A stretch of DNA of 64,000 bases from Eledone cirrhosa (taxonomy: Eukaryota): NCBI GenBank assembly GCA_964016885.1, contig OZ024741.1, positions 389,174,001 through 389,238,000 of the forward strand, written 5' to 3'. Of this stretch, positions 1 through 12,265 are shown one piece after another. The notes below the pieces were generated by a model. The model was given only the letters and a program-made list of their open reading frames with translations, searched no databases and was not told the DNA's origin. Every line of letters starts with the position of its first letter. Position 1 is the stretch's first letter. A program made the translations under genes and the position numbers.

Positions 1-90
1 CGTGGGGTTGATAAAATGCACTGGGGTCGATTTAATCGATTTTCCCCTCCCAAAATATTGTTGGCATTGTGCCTAAATCAGAAACCATTA
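1..90 (+). mobile_element. 3' part of a tRNA-type SINE, same family as 24063-24230, 24840-25000 and 51313-51492
   Basis: Shares 'ctggggtcgatttaatcga...ttgtgcctaaatcagaaac' with 24930-24995 and 51460-51485; ends in an (ATT)n tail. Confidence 0.6.
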
Positions 91-165
91 TTATTATCAT
101 CATTATAGCTTACTATGATAGGTCACTTTTAGGAGTTACCTATGGATATTTTTTTATCATTTCAG

Positions 166-248
166 ACAATCTATATTCATGGATAAATGATAGTTTGACT
201 GTTTGCAATCTGGGATACTTTACAAAAGATGATTACCATCCTAACTGA
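166..248 (+). CDS. Candidate terminal coding exon of an unidentified host gene (xNLYSWINDSLTVCNLGYFTKDDYHPN*)
   Basis: T-rich tract plus CAG acceptor at 148-165, open frame to TGA at 246-248, non-repetitive; no recognisable homology. Confidence 0.2.
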
Positions 249-595
249 GCAATGTCAGTAACCAAGTAGCTAATGAGAGAGAGAATGAGTAGGAGAGAGA
301 GGAAATCACCTTACTGTGTCTGTCACTCTTTGGAAACTCTTGATCTCCATTTATGTCAAATCTTCATAAATTATTATATTTTTATTTTATTTTATTTTTT
401 TCCAAATCTGCTACAAATTTATTCATTAAGTATAAGAGTATAAGAGATATTTTTTTGACAGTGTCATTAGAATTAATGATATTCTTATGCAATATCAAAG
501 TTTCAGCTAAACTTGAGCAGTTTATAAACCATTGTACTTTTCACCTTTCATACACACTACATAGGGTTGGACACATTTTCCTTTTATATTCAATG

Positions 596-597
<2 letters not shown>

Positions 598-652
<55 letters not shown>

Positions 653-942
653 TCCTGTTCATGAAGACTTACAAAACTTATTTGAAATTGCAACAGTTAC
701 TGACTATCATGTTTGTACTGTTGTAATGTGACTGGATATTTTACCATTTTTAGAATATTTCTACATTTTAACAAAAAAAAGCATTATCTATTCATTGGTT
801 CATGTATGTGTGTGTGTGTGTTATGTGGGAGAAAAAGATTACTTATGTACCTGTGTGTGAGAGAGAGAGAGTGTTTATTACCTGTATGTGTGTTTATATA
901 CATTTGTCTGTGTATACACATATGCAATATATGCAGAGTGAC

Positions 943-979
<37 letters not shown>

Positions 980-1002
980 ATTTATGTATGTATATATATA
1001 TA
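598..1002. repeat. (CA)n at 598-651 and mixed (TG)/(GA)/(TA) microsatellites at 804-1002
   Basis: Seen directly in the sequence. Confidence 0.9.
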
Positions 1003-1343
1003 AAGACATTTTAAAAGTTAGTAATCTTTTATTGATTGCTTGTGTACACTGACATATGTTATGGCCAAAATATTGCTACTGACCCTGGCTCACATAGAAA
1101 ATTAAAATAAACCTGATTGTTGAACCAAAAGTTTTAAAAATTTCTTTAATTCTTTGTGATTTCTATTCCTGAACCAAAATAAAAATCTATGAAACATTCT
1201 ACTTACCGTGTTAACATCTGTTCAGAGCATGGATTGCCAAGTTGATAGGTTACTGGATAACTAACTAAGAGGTTGGCTGTTCACATCTTGTCACTGGCAT
1301 ACAGTTGTTTTGGTATTGTTTTATTAAGACAGTTCATTCTTAA

Positions 1344-1582
1344 CCCCTTCATTACCATATTTCTAATGAAAAACATTGCCTGTCATTTTCAAATATTGTT
1401 TAAAATAAGTATTTGGAGGGATTTACTAACTTTCTCATTATTAATCTGGTGTTTAGAGTATAATCTAAGAAAGGTCCTATTATAATAAGATTATAATAGG
1501 TTTTTAGATAAGTATAAACACTTTAAATAGGCAGCTTTGTATTGTAGAAGTAGAAGTTTCAGGTGGCTTGCTATCAAAAGGG
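1344..1582. mobile_element. piggyBac-like MITE
   Basis: TTAA at 1340-1343 and 1583-1586 flank CCC...GGG termini with imperfect TIRs (ccccttcattacc / gctatcaaaaggg); interior similar to 2216-2413 and 7217-7430. Confidence 0.55.
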
Positions 1583-1899
1583 TTAAATGAACCAAGTGAA
1601 CCAGAGTGTCTCTATATGGCCACTCACCTGTTAGAAACAGCAGTCAAATCTCGTTTTAAGTCACAACCTACTATCTTTAAAAAAAAAAACAAGACCAATT
1701 TGATGATGTAGTCCAAGACTGTGATCATGGTTCTACTTGATTAAGTTTGACCTGAAGCTGTATAATCCTAGCTATTCAAACTCCTGTGCAAATGATAATG
1801 TCAATTATCTATTTACTTTGTTTCTTATGATATATGAGGACAGAATGTTTCTCTAGATAAAACTCAGTTTTCAGTAATCAATCATCTGTGAAAGTCTCA

Positions 1900-2108
1900 C
1901 AACCACCACTAGCACTCCACCCTTTCATATTAACCACACTCCTTTTATCTTGATTGCAATATTTTATCTACACTTTTTCATTTTAACCACACCCTTTTAT
2001 CTTGATCACACTATTTAACCACACCCCTTTATTTTGATCACACTATTTTTACCACACCCTTTCATTTTAATCACACCTCTTCATTTTGACCCCACCCCTT
2101 TATTTTGG
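1900..2108. repeat. Degenerate ~20-bp minisatellite (ccacacccttttattttga-like)
   Basis: About 9-10 imperfect tandem units visible. Confidence 0.7.
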
Positions 2109-2215
2109 GTTAAGAACATTAACCTGTCTCTCACATTAATAGACAGTTTTACCCAAACTCTCTAACTCTAATAATATCTCAATGAAAATTTGCTTTTTTA
2201 TTGAGCTAAACTTAA

Positions 2216-2413
2216 CCCTTTTGATATATTTTTTTATGAAAAACTCTGCCTATGTATTTCTGATAATTTTGAAAATAATCATGAAATTGAATAGATAACT
2301 TTCTGTGGTGTTTGGAACAGCTTAACAAAGGTTTACAAATATAAACACTTTAAAACAAACAGTTTTGTATCATAGAACAAGGAGTAGTTTCATGTGGTTT
2401 GGTATCAAAAATG
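2216..2413. mobile_element. piggyBac-like MITE, second copy
   Basis: ttaa-cccttttgata left end, ggtatcaaaa right end; interior aligns by eye with 1344-1582. Confidence 0.5.
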
Positions 2414-2539
2414 TTATAAAACCTGTTCTTATTACTTTTACATCCCTGACACATATTTGACTCTCTCAACAGGTTTCAGTTCTTAATATTTACCATATTT
2501 TCATGAGCCTCAGGTGGTTCATAGAAAAAAGTCTTAAAG

Positions 2540-2790
2540 TCTGTCTCAAGCCCGGAGGTTCATCAGGCTGGTATTTATCCTGGTTTCAAGGCATTAAGCA
2601 ACTAAGAGTACAAGACTCTCCCCTTGGCAGGACACCAGTCCATTGCATGGTTAAACTCCCAGTTACTGCTGGTACTCATTTCCAGCAGAGTGCACTGGAA
2701 CAATGTGAAATTAAATGTTTTTCTCAAGAACACAACCCAGTCCAGGAATGAAACCCACAACATGAGTAAGTCCAACACTTACCACTATTC
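2540..2790 (-). mobile_element. SINE-like interspersed repeat, same family as 5640-5885
   Basis: Shared blocks 'aagcaactaagagta...caggacaccagtcc...tactcattt...ctggaacaatgtgaa...ctcaagaacacaac...caacacttaccacta'. Confidence 0.6.
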
Positions 2791-4564
2791 AATAGAGCTG
2801 ATAGTTAATTGTGTTTCTGTAATGTTAAGCAGATGGGTCAAATCTTCACTTGTCTAGATAAAACACTAACTAGTCTATCAAAGGTAATTTTCCCCAGAAC
2901 CACTGATATTTATTCCCAACAGTTAAGTGAATTAAGGCAATATGGAATAAAGTTTGTTACCCAAAGAGCCAAATAAATGCCAGGGCTGGATTTGAACCTA
3001 CTGGACTGTAATTTATGGTTTGTATCATTTAGTCAAGAATGTCACCTCTAACTTTTTTTATTAACTCATAGCTTCCTTTACCCACATGAAACCAAAACAG
3101 CATTATGATTACATCATCATCATCATTTTATACTTGTTTTTTCATGCTTGCATTAAAAATTTAAGTATCTACAAATTTTCACAAAGATCTGTCCACTAGA
3201 AAAGATAGTATAAACATTTGATTTAACAAACCCACTTTTAGTTCCTTTCGTCTAAATCATTACAAGATATTAAGTGTTAATGAGGGAAGGAAAGCCTGTA
3301 CATGGTCTCTTGCTCTGCTAGAATAGTTGCCAAATTCTCTTGTGTTAAACCGTAATACCATTTTTGAACAATGTAATTCTGCTTATCGAAAAAACAGGAT
3401 AGTGATGCTTGGAATATCTTTTATTACATGTATGCTCAATTAGGGCTGAGCTGAGAGCTAAACAACACCTATTCTTCACACCCAATCACAGTGAAATAGT
3501 CAAAAGATATAATAAACACAATACTTTTTTAGTAAGTGCATCTATATTGCACAATCATGTTAGGGGCAAAAGCCTATCTAGAAATATATCATTGACTATG
3601 TGCAGTTTATGCAAGAAAATGCCTGACTACCTTTTGTTAGGAAAACAAAATGCATGAAGCTGTGTATTTAAATCATTTGCTTGACATATACTGTTCCTTT
3701 CTGTGCCATCAGGTTAAAGAATGATCTCAAGTGCAAACACTATATGGCTGTAATGGAATTTTCATGGGAGAGCATAAACAGGGTTTCTTGTTACCTCTCT
3801 TTGCCTACAAGACACCATTTCTTTTTGTAGTAGTGGTAAGAAACTCTCAGGAGCTGGGCATCAGGTCTTCGGAGATCACCCGTCCTCAAGCAAGTATTTC
3901 AGCCCTTGTGGTGAACTTGTCTAGATATAGTTAATCTTGTTTTCTAATACAATATGCATTTTAAAACCATCATCCCTGATAATGCAGGGGTTAGCTTTGT
4001 GGGCCTCATATTAAGCTTTATACCCATCTTGGGGTTCTTTTTGAAGCAATATTTTATGGCCAAAAACCCTTCCTGGCGCCAACCATTTTAGTCACCTTCT
4101 ACAACACATGATATGGTGCACTTATTCTAAACCAGATACTAGATACACATAACTATTTTCTAACTACTTCTTACCAAATATGGTCTGTATTCTCTTTGTG
4201 TGCCAAATGATGAATGATTGCAACAAGAGGTGTGAAGCTATGCAACTCAGTCAATCCATGCAAATATGGAAAAACAGATGTAAGATGATGATGCCCTACA
4301 TAGCTTTAAAATGACTGGAATGCTTTTGATCAGGGTTGGCCTGGAGTTAAATGATCACAACTTCTAGGGTATCAGTTTCTACATATGCTAAAACTTTGTT
4401 TCACCAGCACTGAAAGAGTTCTAAAAACTATATAGCAGAAAAAACATAACTTTCCGTGGTGTGATTAGTATTGTTGTTATTGTTGAGTCCCAATACAGCT
4501 CTGATCAAAAGAATTGACAGTCCCATCTTAATTTCAGATATAATGTATCTGGAACTATTATAGT

Positions 4565-4685
4565 AGAGGTGCATGGCTTTAGTGGTTAGAGAATTGGATT
4601 TACAATTGTGAGGTTGTAAGTTTGATTTCAGGATTGGGTGATACATTATGTCCTTGAGCAAGACACTTTATTTCACGTTGCTCTT
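4565..4685 (+). mobile_element. tRNA-derived SINE head
   Basis: A-box-like 'tggctttagtgg', B-box-like 'gtttgattt', followed by 'tgtccttgagcaagacacttta'. Confidence 0.55.
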
Positions 4686-5639
4686 TCTGCCAGGAGTTTT
4701 GACCGGTAGATAGTATCAGCAATGGAAACATTGTTTCCTTGGTCTCATTTGATGAGTTCCATCCCACTCAGTAAGTGAATGAGGTCTGGGGTCTTGTCGG
4801 TCAATAATTTCTATTTCTATGACTATTAAATACATTCTTCCTTTTTTTTTAAAAAAGATGGTAGTGTGATTTGATGGTGATTTGGCTGCTCTTTTCAGCA
4901 TGTCAATTGATCGCATAAAGGCTCTCTCTGATTGGCTTGCTGTTGTTTAGCCTCAAGCAGACAAATGATTGAAGGTGTAGTATATTATTTCAGGGAATTT
5001 GTCTATTATTTCTAGCAGGTCACATAACCATGTAAAAGCTTTGGTAGTTGTTGTTTAACTCCTGAGCAGACCTATGATCAAAGGTTTTTCAGCCATGTTC
5101 ATCTTGTCTCTTTTTAGACATTGTGTAATATAGAGTCATATAATCTAATGTGTATTTCTTTGTAAGACAGCTGGGTGTGATTTGAAGAGAAACTTGGCTG
5201 CTGTTCCTAGCAGGTTGAGCAACCACATAGAGAATGGCCTTCTTCATGGAATTGTTGGAACATTTTAACAAAAAGCCTAAATACTTTCTCTGACAATTGG
5301 CTAAAATGAAATATTCTTAACTTTAATGTTACTTTGATAACAATATTCTTTGTATATTTCAGTTTTGACAGTTAAAAATTGTCAATGAGATTTATATACT
5401 TCTATTGTTTCCATTGTTTTTCATTATCCCTTGCAGCATTGAATAGAATAAATTACATTTTGAGTAGAGTGACAATTAACTAACTCACCAGAATACTGGC
5501 TTACCTCCAAGTAACACTCAACATATTTTTTATGATAAACTCTCACTGGAATTTTAAAATCATTTTGAAAATAATTTTGAATTAATCAGAGAATTTGCAG
5601 TAAATTAGTAATATCTAAAAATCTAAAGACTGTCTTAGC

Positions 5640-5885
5640 CTGAAGGCTTATCCCAGTTTCCATGGCATGAAGCAACTGAGAGTACACAACTCCCCTCTAG
5701 ACAGGACACTAGTCCTTCTCAGGGTTAAACCCCAGCTACTGCTGCTACTCATTTTCAGCTGAGTGTACTGGAGCAATCTGAAATGAAGTGTTTTGCTCAA
5801 AAACACAACAGACAAACCAGTCCTGGAATCGAAGACTCAACATGATCATAAGTTCAACACACTTACCACTAGGCTACATGCCGCC
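5640..5885 (-). mobile_element. SINE-like repeat (family of 2540-2790), with an inverted fragment at ~5940-6030
   Basis: Similar to 2540-2790; reverse complement has a tRNA-like head (tagcctagtggtaag...ttcgattcc). Confidence 0.6.
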
Positions 5886-6794
5886 ATAGTTAGTAATATA
5901 ATTGCTCCAGTATACTCAACTGAAAATGAATACAAGGAGTGAATTTTGTACTCTCAGTTGCTTAACGTTACAGAAAGCAAGATAAGCACCAGCTGATGAG
6001 CCTCCAGGCTCAAGACAGACTGGACTTCTTTAAAGATATTCTCCTAGTTTGTATTTCTGTAAATATCCAATTGATATAAGTATGTCATCAGATATAAATG
6101 AGCGTGGCACTTCATTTTACCTTTTAGCATGAATGCTTTAATTATAATTCTTGGTTACAGAAAGGATGAGAAGGCATATTTAAACATATAATAAAGATTT
6201 ATTTTCTTCATATTAATACAAGTACAAGGAGAGAGAAGAGCTGCAATCATGTCGCCTAATCAAGTTGAACAATAAATGTAATTCTCCTAAGAAAATCCCG
6301 AACGTAACTACTTTAGTAATAATACTTTGTTTTTTGTTTGTAACAGTAGTGATGAAGTGTAAAGTTGATGGGCGCTTGTCGAGAGGGCCAAAGTTTTTTG
6401 CTAAGTGCTACATCTTGCCAGTTGCTCCAGGGAACGCCATTTGTGAGGTCTAGTGTCGATGAAATGAAAACGGCAGCTGTAGGTAGAACTGAAAAAAAGG
6501 CGCAAAGCAACTGCTGGGTGGAAGTCATCTTTTGTATTCATACGCCGCCAACCCTAACGGCTGGCAAGTGACAAAGTACGACCAAATTACTCTGCATCGA
6601 TGAAATAGTGCCATTGCTTGCTTCAAGCTTCTTCCAGTTTACTTAGTGGAACATGTATTCTGTCTATGAGGAAGTGTTGTAATCTCAGTTACTCAGAGTA
6701 CTCCTACAAGAGAAATTATTTGAAAAAATAGAAATAATGGTTATGACAGCAATATTATTGATTGTAGGTCAGCTGGATCAGGAATAATGTAGCT

Positions 6795-6980
6795 GCAGGA
6801 CTAGCCAACATTGTAGGCAAGGAGAAATTTGGGGGCATAGCTAGGCAAGAAGTGTGCGGCCAAGGCTAACCAGTGGATTGGGGGAAGGCTAGCTAATATG
6901 AGAAGATTAGGGGTAGGACTAACTAATATTGTAGGTGAGTAGATTGGGAGTAGGGTTAGCTAACATTGTAGGCAAGAGGA
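6795..6980. repeat. Degenerate ~40-bp tandem repeat (ctagctaacattgtaggcaag...)
   Basis: About 5 imperfect units. Confidence 0.55.
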
Positions 6981-7216
6981 AGATAGCAGTTAAGCACTTG
7001 TGCAAATGTTTAGTGCAAGTTTTAGTAAGAAACAGCAAAGATGAACAGTGAAGATTATAGTGCTCCTCATGTGTGGTAGAAGGCTGGTGATGTCTACATA
7101 TGCTGTGGTAGAAGATTAGAGATATCTACAGATGCTGTGGTAGAAGATGCAGTGAGAGGAGACAGCACATTTGACCAATAGCTGTAACATGTTGGTGAGG
7201 AGAGTTGTATGTTTTA

Positions 7217-7430
7217 AACTCCTTTATCAAATTTCTAATAAAATGAATACACCATGTGTTTCAATTTATTTTGAAACTATTTCAGTATTCAACTGATGTT
7301 TTGAATATAATATAAGAAAAGGTCCTGACATAAAATTATGATGGTAGGCTTCAATTTAAATATACGCATTTTAAATATGAAAAGTTTTGTATCATAAGAC
7401 CAGGGGTGGTTTCAGATGAATTGGTATCTT
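7217..7430. mobile_element. Degraded third copy of the piggyBac-like MITE
   Basis: 'ttttgtatcataagaccaggggtggtttcagatgaattggtatc' matches 2362-2406. Confidence 0.45.
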
Positions 7431-7442
7431 TTTCACCTTTGT

Positions 7443-7952
7443 CCAAGAAAGCATGGGATGAAGTGATAAAAGCTGACCTTGTACAACTAAACCTCCCAAA
7501 GGCAGGATCGAATGCAGTATTGCAGAAAACCCGCTTTCCCATGTGCACAGAATGAAGCAAACTACTACAGGACACTAGTATGCACTAAATCATCTCTCCC
7601 ACATCTCAAAATTTCCTTTTCCCCCCCCCCTCACTATCTAAGTACCCTGCATTAGACCTATCTCTCCAATCCCCACCTCACATGTACACACCACAACCTC
7701 CCCTATCCCCCACCATCCACATCTGATATACCTTTCCTGTCCAACCCATGCATACAACCATGGAAAGCTGGACATGCTCACCAACAATGCAGCTGCAATG
7801 GCAAAAACCACTTTGTCCACCCTTTAAGGTGGTCATGCTATTGACACAACAAATAAGCACCTAGTCTACCCTGTAAAGTGGTCATGTTGGTGACAGTAAA
7901 AAGCACCCAGTCCACACTGTAAAGTGGTTGGCATTAGGAAGAGCATTCAGCT
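7443..7952 (+). mobile_element. RTE LINE extreme 3' fragment with 3' UTR
   Basis: Encodes KKAWDEVIKADLVQLNLPK (RTE C-terminus); C-rich UTR, then the 'cagtccacactgtaaagtggttggcattaggaag' motif also at 33840-33880. Confidence 0.6.
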
Positions 7953-8318
7953 AGGTTTTCCTGGGTCTTCCTACTCCATAGCTTGTATGAATTTTGCACC
8001 TTTTTATACAACTGTCGCCCTTCATATGCATTACATGACCGTACCAACGTAATTTCCTCTCTATCATACTGCATCTGATCCCTCTTATGCCTAATTTCTC
8101 TCTTAGTTCAATAAAGCTTACTATTACACATCCATCAGTGCATGCATGCTTCATTTCTTTCCAATCTTTGCAGGTCCTCTGTGCACTGCCCAGGTCTCAC
8201 TATTGTCCATATACATGCATCATTGCTGTTCATATACATGCATCGTACAGTCTTCCCTTTTGTAGCTAACAGCAGGAGTAGCTCCCTGAACTTCTTCCAT
8301 CCCATTCTTATTCTGACT
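7953..8318 (-). mobile_element. RTE LINE C-terminal fragment
   Basis: ELREKLGIRGIRC..ERKLRWYGHVMHMK..GVGRPRKT, similar to 33300-33510. Confidence 0.85.
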
Positions 8319-8485
8319 AGTGTTGGCTATTTCTATAGAGCCGGCAGGGCATTAGAAGGAGCTAGAATCTTGTGGACACTTGCCACATATAAAACCTACG
8401 TTCCTTGATAGCCTGCCTGTAATCCCATTACATCGAAACTTAAATACCTGTATATGTCACTGTTGTAACTAATTATATATATATA

Positions 8486-9443
8486 AGTTGAGGCCAGCCT
8501 TTCAGTTGTGAACTTCCTCAATGTAACACTCAACTTGTCGAATGGCTTGTACTTCCCGTATTGGAACCCTAATGGTACGTTAAATTACATTAGTAAGCAT
8601 TCAACCCATCCAGCCAGCATAACCAAGAACCTGGTAAGAAACATTTCATGAGGCTTTCTCGTCTATCAGCTAATGAACATATCTTCACCGATCATTCCAC
8701 ATATTACAATGAAGCTGGAGCTCGGAACGGATTTGTTGATATGGTAGAATATACTAAGTATGAGCATAAACCTAGGAAAAATAGATCCCAACATATTATA
8801 TGGTATAACCCACCATATAATATGGAGGTGGCCACACCAACAGCAAAAATCTTTCCCCTTAACACACAAATATAATAAAATATTTAATAGAAACACTATT
8901 AAAATATCTTGCTCAACAACTCCAAATCTTGCACATAACATTATTGCATTTAATTTAGCCAAATTACCTGGCCATAGTAACACAAACAATCCAGTAGTTA
9001 GTCCTAGCTGTAATTGTAGCAATAGGGGAGACTGCCCTATATCAGGGAAATGCCTATCTAGCAATATAGTCTACAAATGTAAAGTCGACACACCCATGTC
9101 TAGTTAGGCTTACATATGGTTAACTGCCAATAGATTCAAGCAGCGTCTATAGATGCACACCCATTCTTTTCATTACCCTTTAAGAAGGAACATGACTCAC
9201 TTTGGGCCTATATCTGGAGTCTAAAAGACAACCACTCCCAATATAGGTTACCTGGGAAATCCTAGCTAAAGCTAGAAGGTATAACGGAAACAAAAGACCA
9301 TGTGATTTTTGTGCTGCCAAAGCCCTGGAAATACTCTACGCCAATGATCGAATCTGAATAAAAAATTTGAGGCAATTTCAGCTTGTAAATACAAATTGCA
9401 TAAAACTCTTCTGTATTACAGTCCTACACTATACCCTAACTGA
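8486..9443 (+). mobile_element. Penelope-like element, 5'-truncated and degraded (RT thumb/linker plus GIY-YIG endonuclease)
   Basis: VNFLNVTLNL, RLSRLSAN, IIWYNPPY, KIFNRNTIKIS, CNC..CPISGKC..IVYKCKV..AYIW(G)LT motifs; stops and frameshifts; starts at (TA)n. Confidence 0.85.
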
Positions 9444-9687
9444 TAGTACAGACAATACGCGAATAATATACGCCATGATGTGGTAGCTAAGAACATTTTA
9501 TTTTTATACCATTATTTATATGTATGTACACCTTATCCGTATGTATGTATATGTATATATGTACCTATATATATGCGTATGTGCATGTATGTATGTATGC
9601 ATATCTATGTACCTGTGCGTATATATATATACATATATATATGTGTGTGTGTGTGTATGTATATATATATTTGTGTGTGTGTATGTA

Positions 9688-9845
9688 TCATCATCATCAT
9701 CATTTAACGTCTATCTTCTATGCTAGCATGGGTTTAGATGGGAATTATCCCACTTGAGGCAAGATTGGTCGTCTCGCTCGTATAGGACGCTGGCAGGTTT
9801 TCTACAGCTGGATGCCCTTCCTAACACCAACCACGTTTACAGTAT
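9688..9845 (-). mobile_element. RTE-related short non-autonomous element with (GAT)n tail
   Basis: Reverse complement resembles 12510-12675. Confidence 0.75.
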
Positions 9846-10755
9846 ACATATATATTCTCCTTTTTGGGTAGTGTTTTCCATGTTCAGAGAGTGGGATTAG
9901 TCGAATGCAAGGCCTTTACCCACTTAAAAAACCTTCAAAGCACAGGCATTGCTTGTTGAGGATATGTTACAGGTTCGTGTGGCTGGCCGTAGCCGAAAGT
10001 TGCACCATTTTCTGTAACCTGACAAGTGATTGCAATACTCTTAGTAGAGTTTGCAGCCACCATATATATATATGTATATGTACGCGCAGGTATGCATTTG
10101 TGCGAGCACATGCAAACACTTGGGCGCTAATGTGTACTTGTATGAATGCACACGTGTATAAGTATATGTAGTTTTATATAACATATCTTCGCTTAAGCAT
10201 GCTCCTACACTGGCCAGCACATACTTATGCATGAGCCTAAATCCTATAACAATACTTTAATGTTCTCACCATTATTTACTTTTACTATTGTTAATAACTT
10301 CAGTCAATTTCCTTTAATAATTTTATTTACATCATTTTCAAAATCCGGAGGTGGATATCATTTGGTTATTCTAAATAGAATTTTAGTTTAATGATTTTTT
10401 TAATAGCATAAATGGTTTTTCGTCTTTGCAAGAAATTGTTCTTCTCTCTCCACATGATGACGTAATTATCCTCGCATATTTTTCGTCCATCGCCAGAGAA
10501 TGTCTTCACAAACCAATGTATCGTCTTCTTATTTTCCTTCAGTTGTAACGTTTTTTTTTAATATTTAATTCTGCATCTACAGATTGATTTTTCTCAGTTA
10601 CATAAAAGCGGCAATTCTTTGCTTAAACTTTAATATACACTTATAAAATAAATATATATATATAGTAATAATAATAAACATGAAGACTAAAATCCGAAGA
10701 GGGCTCGATAAGGATAATATATATATAAAATATATAAAACCATAGAGCAAATATT

Positions 10756-10885
10756 TATTAAAATAACAGATTAAAGTTTAAGCAAAAAATCGCTGCTCTC
10801 ACCCTTAACGGGATCTTCTGGAACTGATCCCGTTAAGGGTGAAAGCAGCGATTCTTTGCTTAAACTTTAATCTGTTATTTTAATA
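10756..10885. repeat. Near-perfect palindrome (60-bp arms, 10-nt loop) with a degenerate hammerhead-like centre
   Basis: tattaaaataacagattaaagtttaagcaaa...gggatc / gatccc...tttgcttaaactttaatctgttattttaata; bordered by (TA)n. Confidence 0.85.
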
Positions 10886-10959
10886 TATATATATTATATA
10901 TATATATATATCATCATCGTTTAAGGTCCTTCTTCCACACTAGCATGGGTTAGACGGGT

Positions 10960-11510
10960 TTGCTCTGAGAGCATAATAGCTAGAATAAGGATAGGATGAA
11001 AAAAGTTCAAAGAGCTACTCCCACTGTTGTCCACTAGAGGTCTCTGCCTATGTACAAAACAACAACTGTACGATGTCTGTATGCGAAGTGTGATGCTGCA
11101 TGGTAGTGAAACATGGGCTGTGACTGCAGAGGACATATGTAGATGGGAGAGAAATGAAGCAGTGTTGCTCTGCTGGATGTTTGTGTGAGAGAGAGGCAGA
11201 GCTTGGACGAGTTGAAGGAAAACCTGGGTTTAAGAGGAATCTGGGGTGGTGTGCAGGAGAAAAAACTGCATTAGCTTGGACATGTGATGTGCATGGACTA
11301 TGATAGTTGGGTAAAGAAGTGCCAGGAAATGCCAGTGGAGGTAAGTCGCAGTAGAGGTAGACCAAGAAAGACCTAGGCAGAGGTTGTGAAAGCTGACCTC
11401 AAATCACTGAGACTCATAGAGGCGATGAGTGGAGAGATGCCATGCTGAAAAGGACCCATCCAATCCATGCAAGCATGAAAAAGTGGACGTAAAAACGATG
11501 ATGATGATAA
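10960..11510 (+). mobile_element. RTE LINE 3' fragment with (GAT)n tail
   Basis: MLHGSETWAVTAED..ERNEA and GRPRKT motifs; 3' UTR like 23200-23297. Confidence 0.9.
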
Positions 11511-11747
11511 TATATATATATGTATGTATTTATATGTTTGTATATATATATATATATATATACATATATATAGTAATAAGAATATTTATATTTATATATG
11601 TTTAATACAACTATAAATATGGAGGGTAGTACTAAGTACTAGCCGGTTACTGGTATGACAAAAGGCTCAATGCAAATTATCAAGTGTTTTACATAGCTGA
11701 GATACAAAGTGTTAAAACGATCAAATTTTAGTTTAGAACATTTATTT

Positions 11748-11792
11748 GCTGACAATTGTTTCTTCCAGAGGGAAGTCTGGAATCATCAGAAC
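11748..11792 (-). ncRNA. Minimal type I hammerhead ribozyme motif, canonical core
   Basis: Reverse complement reads gtt-CTGATGA-ttccaga-cttccc-tctggaa-GAAA-caattg-TC-agc: 7-bp stem II, palindromic stem III, 3-bp stem I. Confidence 0.8.
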
Positions 11793-11970
11793 ATAGGGAA
11801 TGTCAAAACGTGACTAAAATCCTAGTCATTCAGAACATTTAGGGTACATAAGTGTTGTTAGTGTCATAGATATCATTTGGATAGTCAGGAGTTATGACTC
11901 TAACAACACTTATGTACCCTAAATGTTCTGAATGACTAGGATTTTAGTCACATGTTTTGACATTTCCTAT

Positions 11971-12015
11971 GTTCCGACGATTCCAGACTGCCCTCTGGAA
12001 GAATCAATTGTCAGC
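11971..12015 (+). ncRNA. Hammerhead motif, altered copy (CCGACGA / GAAT)
   Basis: gtt-CCGACGA-ttccaga-ctgccc-tctggaa-GAAT-caattg-TC-agc; two conserved core positions changed, probably inactive. Confidence 0.55.
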
Positions 12016-12099
12016 AAATAAATGGTCTAAACTAAAATTTGATCGTTTTAACACGTTGTACATATATATATATATTCATTTTATTTCATTTCATTTCAT

Positions 12100-12265
12100 T
12101 TTACGTTCGCTTTTTCCCTGCTTGCAAGGGTGGGACAGGAACTGATTCTGGCTTGATTTCTACAGCTGGATGCCCTTCCTAACACCAACCTCATTTACAG
12201 TGAGTGCTGGGTGCTTTTTTGCCATGGCGCCTGCACGACCACTTTACAGTGGAATGACAGGGAAG
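12100..12265 (-). mobile_element. RTE-related short non-autonomous element
   Basis: 'ttctacagctggatgcccttcctaacaccaacc' motif plus the RTE 3' tail, in reverse. Confidence 0.65.

Larger units (their letters stand above)
11709..12054. repeat. Long inverted repeat (arms 11709-11868 and 11893-12054), Penelope pseudo-LTR-like
   Basis: Arms are reverse complements with scattered mismatches; each carries a hammerhead motif; (TA)n flanks. Confidence 0.9.

Noticed and set aside
7351-7575. Host exon
   Set aside because: Explained by a MITE end joined to an RTE C-terminal fragment.
8400-8450. Hairpin plus 'cgaaac' upstream of the Penelope fragment as a hammerhead
   Set aside because: No CTGANGA-like core at the right spacing and no NUH site with stem I; at most a remnant.
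10690-10720. 'ccgaaga-gggctc-gata' hammerhead-like core
   Set aside because: No GAAA and no convincing stems I or III.
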